Source: Parachlamydiales bacterium
GTDB taxonomy: Bacteria; Chlamydiota; Chlamydiia; Chlamydiales; Parachlamydiaceae
DNA: 64,000 bases
Assembly: GCA_020051075.1 (NCBI GenBank)
Contig: JAGVJP010000012.1
Span: forward strand, 9,575-73,574
Direction: 5' to 3'
The notes beneath the pieces are model-generated. The model worked only from the letters and a program-made list of their open reading frames with translations. It was not told the origin of the DNA and searched no databases. Below are positions 54,847 through 63,676 of this stretch, one piece after another; the first letter of the stretch is position 1, and each line of letters starts with the position of its first letter. A program made the translations under genes and the position numbers.

Positions 54847-55079
54847 TATTAAACGCAAAGGCGCAAAGACACGAAGACGCAAAGGAGAAAAAAACAGGAT
54901 AGAAACACAGAGGCACAGAGAACACAGAGGGGGAGAAAATATCCTGATCTCTGTGTCCTCTGTGCCTCTGTGTTTCAATTGTACTCTAGCAATTTGGAGG
55001 AGAAAGAGGAGTTAACCGATGCGTATGCCTGTCTATCCTATTTTTTCTCCTTTGCGTCTTCGTGTCTTTGCGTTTAATA
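54847..55079. repeat. nested composite palindrome (families B + A-like + C)
   Basis: Outer arms 54847-54902 and 55033-55079 (tandem 8-mers acgcaaag gcgcaaag acacgaag acgcaaag). Inner arms 54903-54932 and 54948-54975 (acacagag gcacagag aacacagag). Begins 4 nt after the trmL stop. Confidence 0.85.
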
Positions 55080-55192
55080 AAAGCTATGGACCGCGCTGGA
55101 TATGGGGCGTAATAGGGATAAAAATTTGCACGTCGAGGTGCTTTTGCGTTTATTAAAGCAAAAAATCATCCAATGTGATACAATGATTTTAA

Positions 55193-56395
55193 ATGAAACG
55201 ATGTAAAATAATGAATTTAATTAAATCACTCCTTTTTTTAATTATTGCTCTTTTTCATGCCCATGAAGGTTTTGCTCTATCTGCTCCGTTATCTACAGAG
55301 GGAAACCAGATCGTTGATGCCGAACGAACTCCCGTTCGGATTCAAGGGATCAGTTGGTTTGGATTTGAAACCGATCATTATGTTCCCCAAGGATTAGACA
55401 TCCGCTCCTATCGTTCGATGCTCGATCAGATGAAATCTCTCGGGTTTAATACCGTCAGGATTCCCTATAGCAATCAGATGTTCGATGAGGGAAGCCTTCC
55501 TGTCGGGATTGACTTTGAGAAAAATCCTGATCTGGAGGGACTGACACCTCTTGAAATCTTAGATAAGATTGTTTCCTATGCGGGCGAGATCAATCTTGCG
55601 ATCATCCTCGATCACCACCGGAGTGAAGCAGGCGTCGGCGCTGCAGAGAATGGTTTATGGTATACAGAAAATTATCCTGAAGAACGCTTCATCGAAGATT
55701 GGGCCATGTTAGCAGAGCGTTACCGAGAGTCTCCTGCTGTTATCGGCGCCGACCTTCACAACGAACCGCATGGAGAAGCCTCCTGGGGTGAGGGCGAGGA
55801 AGAAACTGATTGGAAAAGTGCTGCAGAGAAGGTCGGCAATACTATTCTTTCTATCCATCCTCATTGGCTGATAATCGTAGAAGGAATTGAATTCTACCAA
55901 GGTGAAGAGTATTGGTGGGGCGGTAACCTCATTGGGGTTAGAAATGCCCCGATCATCCTTGAAGTGCCGAATCAACTTGTCTATTCTCCTCACGACTACC
56001 CCAAATCCATCCACGAAAAACCTTGGCATAACGACATGTACTATCCTGATAACTTGCCAGCACACTTTAGCAATGGCTGGGGCTATCTCTTTGAAACGGA
56101 GTCCTATCCTGTGTTGTTAGGTGAATTCGGCAGCAAATTTACAGAGATGGACGACCAGTTATGGATGTCGGCAATCACAAACTACTTAAACGGTGATTTC
56201 GACGGAGCCGGAAATGTTACCCCACTAGAGGGAAAACAGGGGATAAGCTGGATATGGTGGGCCTGGAATCCGAATCTAGGCGATTCGGGAGGCATCCTTC
56301 TCGACGACTGGCAAACACCTGATGAAAACAAACTTCCATTTTTAGAGCCTTTAAAAACTTATACCGAATCTGGAAATGGGCTGTTGCATGAATAA
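55193..56395 (+). CDS. secreted glycoside hydrolase family 5 (endoglucanase/cellulase-like)
   Basis: Signal peptide. FNTVRIPY, ILDHH, acid/base DLHNEPHG, nucleophile LLGEFG, WWAWNPN. Confidence 0.85.
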   Translation: MKRCKIMNLIKSLLFLIIALFHAHEGFALSAPLSTEGNQIVDAERTPVRIQGISWFGFETDHYVPQGLDIRSYRSMLDQMKSLGFNTVRIPYSNQMFDEGSLPVGIDFEKNPDLEGLTPLEILDKIVSYAGEINLAIILDHHRSEAGVGAAENGLWYTENYPEERFIEDWAMLAERYRESPAVIGADLHNEPHGEASWGEGEEETDWKSAAEKVGNTILSIHPHWLIIVEGIEFYQGEEYWWGGNLIGVRNAPIILEVPNQLVYSPHDYPKSIHEKPWHNDMYYPDNLPAHFSNGWGYLFETESYPVLLGEFGSKFTEMDDQLWMSAITNYLNGDFDGAGNVTPLEGKQGISWIWWAWNPNLGDSGGILLDDWQTPDENKLPFLEPLKTYTESGNGLLHE

Positions 56396-56438
56396 CCACA
56401 GAGGCAGTGAGATCAGTGGCTCAGTGGTGATGTAGTAT

Positions 56439-57113
56439 CTAAAGTTCTGGAAACGCATTTTCTGATGAGCATTGAGGGGGAATGGTACGCATGATTTCTC
56501 TCTCTATCGTTCGATCGATCTCATAGGCATATTCTAAAGAGATGCCAGCGTGCATCATCACATCATTGACATGTTTCTCCTTATTATTTTCATCATAAGA
56601 GCCAATGGCTTTGGCAAGATAATAGAGCTCTCCGATTCGAGACTGCAACATTCGTCCGAGGCGCTCTCTATTAATGTGAGGAAACAGCCTCGCCAACGCG
56701 CGGTAGATGCGGTAGTTGGCATGATTCCACCTTGTTAAAAGGGCTTGGGTCTTTTTGTTGATTGTTCCCTTAGAGCCCACAAAAGCGATCGCGATATCAA
56801 TGGCATAGTTGGCATCGGCATTCAAAGCCTCAATAAGCTTTTGGCGTTCGTTGAGATTTTTTGTCTTGATTTGTTCGGTGATCTTGCCGACTGCTAGAGG
56901 AATCTCTCGTTGTTGAAAATGATGAAATTCACTGAAATTACCTTTGTTATTATTGATCTGAAGCACAACATTTTGTAAAAGCTGCTCTAATTCAGTAAAA
57001 GACACCCATGGAGGCACTCCAGGATCGCCAACCAACTCGGTCGCATCGACGATATTGCCAAGGAGAATGAGGAAGATCCCGCATAATAGAGGAAGTGATT
57101 TTTTCATTTTCAT
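56439..57113 (-). CDS. hypothetical secreted helical protein (224 aa)
   Basis: ATG ORF with signal peptide MKMKKSLPLLCGIFLILLGNIVDA. No family recognised. Confidence 0.5.
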   Translation of the reverse strand: MKMKKSLPLLCGIFLILLGNIVDATELVGDPGVPPWVSFTELEQLLQNVVLQINNNKGNFSEFHHFQQREIPLAVGKITEQIKTKNLNERQKLIEALNADANYAIDIAIAFVGSKGTINKKTQALLTRWNHANYRIYRALARLFPHINRERLGRMLQSRIGELYYLAKAIGSYDENNKEKHVNDVMMHAGISLEYAYEIDRTIEREIMRTIPPQCSSENAFPEL

Positions 57114-57144
57114 TGATTCATCCTAAAAAGTACTATCTTTTATC

Positions 57145-57216
57145 ATTCTTCATTATCTTTCATATCCTGCCCATCCTGTTAATTGTACAGGATAGGAAAG
57201 ATGAGAAGGATAAGGG
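57145..57216. repeat. short family A hairpin module
   Basis: ..catatcctgcccatcctgttaattgtacaggataggaaagatgagaaggataag. Contains the conserved CCCATCCTGT-loop-ACAGGAT core. Confidence 0.7.
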
Positions 57217-57274
57217 CAACCTACTCATCATTGAAGATGGTTATAAGATCTCAAAGATATATAGTCAATCATTG

Positions 57275-58360
57275 TCAGAAGCCTAATAAGGCTTTGATGG
57301 CGTGGGTTTTAAGTTGTATCTCAAACCACTCCTTCTCATATAGGCTTTCTTTGACCACGCCTCCCCCTGCACCGATAGACAGGCCGTTATGATCCCACTG
57401 CACATTCCGGATTGCAACAAAACAGGTGGAGAGACGTTCTTCAGGGGATGCAAAACCAACAGGCGACCCATAGAATCGGCGTGGGAGAATTCGATCTAAT
57501 TCTTTCAGCCATTTTTTTCCTGAAGCCTTCGGAAACGTTCCCAAAGCAGGGGTGGGATGAAGAGCTTCAACCCAATCCTGAAAGGTAAAAGGTGTTCTTA
57601 AGTTGACGGTAATCGGGGTCATGAGATGGGAAAGCTTTGGAAGGGAGATTATTTTCACTTCGGTGGGGCAGACCTCACCAAATTTTGAGCAGGCCTCTTT
57701 GATGCCATTGACAACAAGGTTGTGTTCATGCAGAATTGTCTGATTTTGCATCAATTCATGGTTGGATTCTGCTGCTGCACATGTTCCTGCCAGAGCCATC
57801 GTCCGTACGATTTGGGGTTCTTGTGTCGAATGGGTGAAAAGAATTTCAGGAGTGACTCCCGCAACCCCAAAATGAGCGTTCCAATATCCATAGAGGTAAT
57901 TCGAATAGGGTTTGAAGCCTTTCAAACTGGTCGAGATGATCCTGCACAGCCTCTCTTTGGTCATCTGGGCTTTTGATCGACTGAAAACATAAGGAACTCC
58001 CTTATGGAGATCTCCTGATTCCAGCATCTCCTTCAGCTGGTAAAAACTTTTTTGGTAAGTTTGTTGAGAGTCTATCGTCCAATCAAAGAGGAGGTGTGCA
58101 GGAGGGTGGCCAATTAAGCTGGCAAAAGCATTAACTGGTAGTGTCATCCAATGCTCAAACTGAATCCATGGGGCATCTGCGTTTAAGAAAAAATCGTTGA
58201 TGTAGAAATAGGGAGCCTTGCGGTTGCTGCACAACGTAGAAAAACAGGCAGTGCTTCCCCATCCGACGAGAAGATGCGTCGGCGACATTTGCATATATGC
58301 CCCGGAAATGAGAAATTGTTCGAGAGAAAATTGGTCCATTTGCCCTACAATAAAACACAT
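57275..58360 (-). CDS. menF: isochorismate synthase (MenF-like chorismate-binding enzyme)
   Basis: LAGTCAA, HPTPALGTFP, FYGSPVGF, IRNVQW...GAGGGVVKES. Confidence 0.7.
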   Translation of the reverse strand: MCFIVGQMDQFSLEQFLISGAYMQMSPTHLLVGWGSTACFSTLCSNRKAPYFYINDFFLNADAPWIQFEHWMTLPVNAFASLIGHPPAHLLFDWTIDSQQTYQKSFYQLKEMLESGDLHKGVPYVFSRSKAQMTKERLCRIISTSLKGFKPYSNYLYGYWNAHFGVAGVTPEILFTHSTQEPQIVRTMALAGTCAAAESNHELMQNQTILHEHNLVVNGIKEACSKFGEVCPTEVKIISLPKLSHLMTPITVNLRTPFTFQDWVEALHPTPALGTFPKASGKKWLKELDRILPRRFYGSPVGFASPEERLSTCFVAIRNVQWDHNGLSIGAGGGVVKESLYEKEWFEIQLKTHAIKALLGF

Positions 58361-58520
58361 GTTAGTAAAATGATGTATAATACCTTAAACAGGGAAATTA
58401 AATAAAATTTTAATTTTATCGTGTGTTAATTTTTTTATGTATTACTCGATAAGTGGAATTTGTTTGACCAAAACTCTTCTTTGAGATAAAAAAGAAGAAG
58501 AAAGTCAGAGAGGTAAACTT

Positions 58521-59609
58521 ATGAATCGTCTTGGAGAATCACCAGTGCTTGTTGTTGCACCAAGCCCGATGTCCTTACAACAGGTGATCGTTAATGCACG
58601 GGAATTATCTTCTAGTTTTGACGAAGTCGTAGCAAAACAGCCTCATTCATTCGATGTAGATAAACTGGCATCCTCCTCCTCTTCATCTCAGATCGTTCAT
58701 TGGTTGGGCATCTTAGGACAAGTGATAGAGAAATGTTCGAGTAATGAAGCGATATCAAATGCAAGTTATCAAAGGTTATTACAAACACATTCTGAACACC
58801 AACAACAGACTCGTCTTTTAAGGCAGCAATATCAGACCTTGCAAGGGGAACAGCAACAGTCCTCTGCGGCTATTTCAGCTTTACATCAACAAATTGAAGC
58901 GATTGAAGTACAACTCCGCGATAGCCAAGGGCAACATCAGGAGCTTTCTGCTCAACACGAAGCATTGCAACAGTTAAGTGCAAACTTGCAAACACATTTG
59001 GATCAAATAGAAACTGAAAAAACAAGAATTGAAGAATCTTTAGAGGCCTCTAACGCACGTATAGAAAGCTTGAGAGAAGAAGTTCAAGCGCTTGTCGAAC
59101 AGCTCGAAACGGAAAGACAACGAGCGACTGCGTTGGAGGGAAACCTCAGCCAAGCCAAAGACAAGTATAGACGTTCGAAAGGGGATTTACGGCGTTCAGT
59201 GGCTGATGTCGATGCGCTCCGGACAAGGCTTGATTCTGCCCAAGAACAATTAACCAACACAGAGCAGTCTTTAACACAAGCTCAAACGTCTTTGGCTGAC
59301 AATCGGACTCGAGAAGAGCATTTATTTCAATTTATCCCTTCTCTAGACAACAAAATATGGGCGAATATCATTTCAAAACCATGCCACGACATCGAGCGGC
59401 CTGTCTTGCGTGCAGCCTATTTAGTTTCAGCCATTGCTCGCTATACGATTTACAAATTATATTCTCTGTTCTCATTAAGAAACGAGCTCGAACGAGTCTA
59501 TCGCTCAAACCGGAATGATGCAGATTTTCAGCAGGCAGCTTCATTGATTGAAAATAGAGTGTTTCAAAAGTTTGCCAATAAGCCCCTGACAGTTCAAAGG
59601 GTGTTATAG
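58521..59609 (+). CDS. Gln/Glu-rich coiled-coil protein (362 aa)
   Basis: ATG with GAGAGG RBS. About 200 aa of heptad-rich sequence (QQYQTLQGEQQQ...LETERQRATALEG). Amphipathic/hydrophobic C-terminal helix. Confidence 0.6.
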   Translation: MNRLGESPVLVVAPSPMSLQQVIVNARELSSSFDEVVAKQPHSFDVDKLASSSSSSQIVHWLGILGQVIEKCSSNEAISNASYQRLLQTHSEHQQQTRLLRQQYQTLQGEQQQSSAAISALHQQIEAIEVQLRDSQGQHQELSAQHEALQQLSANLQTHLDQIETEKTRIEESLEASNARIESLREEVQALVEQLETERQRATALEGNLSQAKDKYRRSKGDLRRSVADVDALRTRLDSAQEQLTNTEQSLTQAQTSLADNRTREEHLFQFIPSLDNKIWANIISKPCHDIERPVLRAAYLVSAIARYTIYKLYSLFSLRNELERVYRSNRNDADFQQAASLIENRVFQKFANKPLTVQRVL

Positions 59610-59616
59610 AAAATTA

Positions 59617-60906
59617 ATGAAGCAGTCAACACCGATCATTTCAAGCACCGCTGTTTTCGATACTCTCTTGCAAAGATTAGATCAGCTAGACGGTGAACTC
59701 TCTGTTTGGAAAGTAAATTTTTCAGACGAGCGCATCGACGATATCGTTGAAGAGGTTTTTCAGGCTCTAGAAGAAGCAACTTCATCACTTCAAAACATAT
59801 CTCCCTCGTTTGAACGGGCATCTTTGATAAATCCTTTTTCACCTCTTCAATCACAGTTACCCAGACCAGTTCTAAATTCTCAGCAAGTAAGAAATAGATT
59901 ATTTAAAACAAAGATTTATCTTAGTGATCTAACTAGAAATATTAGAGATCTATCAAGCAGACTTGTTTCTCAAGAAGATGCTCAAACATTTGCTGAAATC
60001 AATACGATTTTTGAAACTGTCAGAGATCAGATTCAAAGAGATAGGGAACGGACTGAAAGCGTGGCAAGACAGCAAGAGGATATTCAGTCTAAAGTTGGAT
60101 TATTGAACCAACAAGCCGCTGCATTGCATACCTTGCAAGGCGAGTGCACCCAGCTATTAGTGCAAATGGGCCACAGGGCAGATCAAGTAGGGACGAGTTT
60201 GAGCCAGCTCGCTGCTCAGTCAGATGTCAATGACAGACGAATTGCAACGAATGCTGAAGAAATTTCTCGTATGTTGGAGCAGGTGAACGCTCACATAGAG
60301 CAGCTTTCCACCCTTGAGGTTGAATTACAGGGCTATACGAGAGATGTTGATCAACACAATGTGGAAGTGGATGAAACCACGGCTGCCATTTCTGGGTTAA
60401 CTGAAGAGGTCGTTCGTCATCTTGAAGGGGTAAGCGCTGTTCAGCAGGGGTATTCGAGGTTGCAAACATCCTTGCGGGAGGTGCAACGAACTTTGACGGA
60501 ACCTCCTCCGCCCTCTAGCAATCCTGCCGCACCTGCGGTCGTGCCAAGAGCGCAGCAGCAAGTTCATGAGCTCTCTGAATCGACAAAAAATAAACACGTT
60601 GTGGCCCATAAGTTGTTTTCTTGGATGTTCCATGCGCTGGTGTGGTACAAAGAAGCTTATGATCAGACGTCGGCGGAAGTGTCGACAGCGATGAATGGCG
60701 CCTCGCAATATCTAAGACCTAAATTAGCTTCTTGCTTTGGAGAGAATAAGGCGGCGATCATCACCCACCCAAAAGTGTGGGTGACGGCAGGCCTTGTTAT
60801 CCTGCTTTGGAAAGGGAAGTTGAGGAAGGCGATGATGTGCTATGCCTTAGTGTGTGCAGTCTTCCATACTGTTTACAAACCCACCAAAAACCTGTCCTCT
60901 CATTGA
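59617..60906 (+). CDS. coiled-coil protein with C-terminal bilobed hydrophobic segment (Inc-like?)
   Basis: Starts 8 nt after the upstream stop. Central coiled coil. C-terminal VWVTAGLVILLW-KGKLRK-AMMCYALVCAVFHTV. Confidence 0.6.
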   Translation: MKQSTPIISSTAVFDTLLQRLDQLDGELSVWKVNFSDERIDDIVEEVFQALEEATSSLQNISPSFERASLINPFSPLQSQLPRPVLNSQQVRNRLFKTKIYLSDLTRNIRDLSSRLVSQEDAQTFAEINTIFETVRDQIQRDRERTESVARQQEDIQSKVGLLNQQAAALHTLQGECTQLLVQMGHRADQVGTSLSQLAAQSDVNDRRIATNAEEISRMLEQVNAHIEQLSTLEVELQGYTRDVDQHNVEVDETTAAISGLTEEVVRHLEGVSAVQQGYSRLQTSLREVQRTLTEPPPPSSNPAAPAVVPRAQQQVHELSESTKNKHVVAHKLFSWMFHALVWYKEAYDQTSAEVSTAMNGASQYLRPKLASCFGENKAAIITHPKVWVTAGLVILLWKGKLRKAMMCYALVCAVFHTVYKPTKNLSSH

Positions 60907-60907
60907 A

Positions 60908-61234
60908 CAAGATGAACAGGATATGCAAAAAAAGACAAAACAGGATAGGCAGGATCGCAAGCGGCAGGATAAGCAAGATAGAGCAAAAAACAATTTTACA
61001 GGATGGGAAAGATAGGAAAGATATTGATGATAAAAGAGATAAGCTTTTCTTTCATTATCCTCATCTTTCCTATCTTTCCCATCCTGTCAATTTTTAGCAG
61101 TATGGGCATGAAAGGAAAGATAGAGGGTTTTTCTTTTATTTTTTATTCTAGGCTTGTACGTAGTTTCTTATTATCTTGCTTATCCTGCCGCTTGCGATCC
61201 TGCCTATCCTGTTTTGTCCTTTTTGTCTATCCTG
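60908..61234. repeat. nested family A palindrome between convergent genes
   Basis: Outer arms 60917-60980 and 61172-61234 (..ggataggcaggatcgcaagcggcaggataag..). Inner arms 60997-61022 and 61063-61090. Confidence 0.85.
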
Positions 61235-61251
61235 GGTCATATTGCTGTGAA

Positions 61252-62361
61252 TTACACGACATTTAATTTGAGTAAGAGGGTTTCAAAGCAATGTGTGAAT
61301 CCTGTCGACCGTCTAAGGGTTAATAGTGCTTCTTCAACAGCTACCTGAACCTGTTTGAGAGGTTTGCAAGCTCCCCGTTGAACAGCTTGCTCAAGGACAT
61401 GGGAGTGGTCTCCATTGATCAGGCCGGAGGTGTCGCCTCCTGCCAGCAGAAGCTCCATATCGCGATACCAAGACAGCACAGACTCAAACACATCTTGAGC
61501 TTCTTGCATAAACGCTAAGGAGACTAACCCTTCGAGTTCTTTTTCCAATATCTGCTGTTGCGCGGCGGAGACTTGATCTACAGGGATTTTATAGAGTTCT
61601 TCTTTTGCTGATTCTTCCGCCTGTTTTTTCACAGATTCAACCTGTTCGCCGATTTTCTGTACTATCGTTTGGAGGGTTCGGTAACAGCCTATTGGCGCTG
61701 CGGACAGTAATTTTAATAATTCAACGCGATAAGATTCCCCTTTTTCTTCTGCTAACCGTTTAGCTCTCCCTATCGATCCTTGGGCTTGCCTCGCTATTGT
61801 AGCGCAGATGCCATCGTCGAGTTGGTAATGTAGTTTTAAATAGCCGTTGATGGCAGCGTCGTCAACAGGGTGAAAATGCAGCGTGCGGCACCGTGAGAGT
61901 ATTGTAGGGAGCAGAGCCGCTTTAGAGTGGCTTGTCAAAATGATCATCGTCCTGGGAGGGGGTTCTTCGAATGTCTTCAACAGAGCGTTAGCGCTATAAC
62001 TTAACATCCGCTCAGCTTCCTGGATGACAAAAACCTTCCAGCTCGACTCATAGGGAGGCAGATAGACCTCTTCGCTAAGCTGTCGTAACGCTGCAATGCT
62101 GTGGAGACCCAATTTTCCTTCCGGACGATAGAGATGCACATCGGGGTGGAGCCCTAATTGTATTTTGGAGAGGTGCCGCTCGGTTTGATCAAATGCTGTC
62201 ATCACTTCCGCAGCAAGGGCCCAAGCAAAGAGCCCTTTTCCGATGCCATCGGGTCCGGCAAATAAGAGGGCGTGGCCAACCGCCTGTTTGGCAATCATGC
62301 ATTGGAGCTGTCTTTTGATGTGGTCATTGCCAAGGATTTCATTGAAAGAGACGGGATACAT
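61252..62361 (-). CDS. holB: DNA polymerase III delta' subunit
   Basis: HALLFAGPDGIGKGLFA, LLKTFEEPP, SRC motif ILSRCRTLHF. Directly downstream of tmk. Confidence 0.85.
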   Translation of the reverse strand: MYPVSFNEILGNDHIKRQLQCMIAKQAVGHALLFAGPDGIGKGLFAWALAAEVMTAFDQTERHLSKIQLGLHPDVHLYRPEGKLGLHSIAALRQLSEEVYLPPYESSWKVFVIQEAERMLSYSANALLKTFEEPPPRTMIILTSHSKAALLPTILSRCRTLHFHPVDDAAINGYLKLHYQLDDGICATIARQAQGSIGRAKRLAEEKGESYRVELLKLLSAAPIGCYRTLQTIVQKIGEQVESVKKQAEESAKEELYKIPVDQVSAAQQQILEKELEGLVSLAFMQEAQDVFESVLSWYRDMELLLAGGDTSGLINGDHSHVLEQAVQRGACKPLKQVQVAVEEALLTLRRSTGFTHCFETLLLKLNVV

Positions 62362-62373
62362 CGGCCGATACCC

Positions 62374-63054
62374 CTATGATTTTTCTTTGGAGATTTCGTC
62401 GGGAAGGAGAACGAGTTCGTCAATAGCTCGTACAGCTTCTTTAAAGACATCGGCAGCTGGTCTGGCAGCATCAATGGTGTATATTCTGAAAGGTTCTCTT
62501 TTTGCTAGCAAAACAAAGCCTTGTTGGATCTTCTCATGAAAGTGTAAGTGTTCCGATTCGATGCGGTCGAGTTCGCCGGAGGGAGATTGCTCCTTATGAA
62601 CCTGTTTAGACCTCTCTAATCCGGCGGCAGGGGAGAGGTTGAGAAAGAGTGTCAACTCAGGAATTGCCTTGCCCGAGATGAGCGCGCAAAGTTTTCCGAC
62701 ATGGTCCATCCCAAGCCCTCTTGCATATCCTTGATAAGCAATTGTGGAGTCGTTGAAGCGGTCGCATAGGACTATCTTCCCGGCTTCGAGAGAGGGTAGA
62801 ATCACCTCATGGATGTGTTGAGCGCGATCAGCGAGGAAGAGAAGAAGTTCTGCTTCTGGAAAAACTTGCTCAGACTGGTGTTGACCGAGGAGCCATTCGC
62901 GTATCGTTCGCCCTAGATGCGTCCCTCCTGGCTCGCGAGTCGTGATGACATCGTATCCCCGTTGAGTCAGCTCTGTTGATAAACTTTGCATCAGGGTGGA
63001 CTTCCCAGCCCCTTCCCCTCCCTCGAGGGTGATGAAATGCCCTTTAAATGGCAT
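62374..63054 (-). CDS. tmk: thymidylate kinase
   Basis: FITLEGGEGAGKST, TREPGGT, DRF.DST.AYQG. Confidence 0.92.
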   Translation of the reverse strand: MPFKGHFITLEGGEGAGKSTLMQSLSTELTQRGYDVITTREPGGTHLGRTIREWLLGQHQSEQVFPEAELLLFLADRAQHIHEVILPSLEAGKIVLCDRFNDSTIAYQGYARGLGMDHVGKLCALISGKAIPELTLFLNLSPAAGLERSKQVHKEQSPSGELDRIESEHLHFHEKIQQGFVLLAKREPFRIYTIDAARPAADVFKEAVRAIDELVLLPDEISKEKS

Positions 63055-63277
63055 ATAACTCCTGATTGGATAGATGAAAAAAAATAGATGCCGGTTCCAT
63101 CATAATCGAATCATTGTTATCCAACAATAGCTATCCCTAAAGCTAAAGAAAATCTCTGGGACAATGGACATCACTTTTTTTGGCTATTTTCATAACTTCG
63201 TCAAGTAACTAACTTTGGAGACCCTAAGCGATGTTGTCTCTCATTTCAAAAAAGTAACGCTTCGAGAGCCATTTCTT

Positions 63278-63350
63278 ACCATCCCTCTTATCCTTCCCAT
63301 CCTGTCAATTTTTACAAGATAGGGAGGATAGGAAAGATGGGACAGGATAG
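63278..63350. repeat. family A hairpin module
   Basis: ..ccttcccatcctgtcaatttttacaagatagggaggataggaaagatgggacaggatag. Confidence 0.7.
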
Positions 63351-63395
63351 TTTGTTATTCAGGGGGTAGTGCTTTGACGAAATTATGAAAATAAC

Positions 63396-63446
63396 CCTTT
63401 TTTTAACGCAAAGGAGCAAAAGAGGCGCAAAGACGCAAAGAAAAGT
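63396..63446. repeat. repeat family B half-element
   Basis: tttttttaacgcaaaggagcaaaagaggcgcaaagacgcaaagaaaag. Near-copy of 43203-43262. Confidence 0.8.
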
Positions 63447-63489
63447 CGTCCATAAAGTCCATCAAGTCCATCAAGTCCATCAAGTCCAT
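63447..63489. repeat. 9-bp tandem repeat (CATCAAGTC, about 4.3 copies)
   Basis: cataaagtc catcaagtc catcaagtc catcaagtc cat, immediately following the family B element. Confidence 0.9.
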
Positions 63490-63676
63490 TATTTTCGTTC
63501 ATAGTCGACAAGTTGAGTAAAATTTGTTTAAAAATAATATTTGTTTAAAAAACAAACTTAATTATAACCATAAATTTAATAATAATTTTATACTATCTTA
63601 ACAATGATTTGGTATCTCTAAGCATTGTTTTTTTTATTAAAAATTTAAGAAATTTATTTAAATTGGAGTGTTAATT

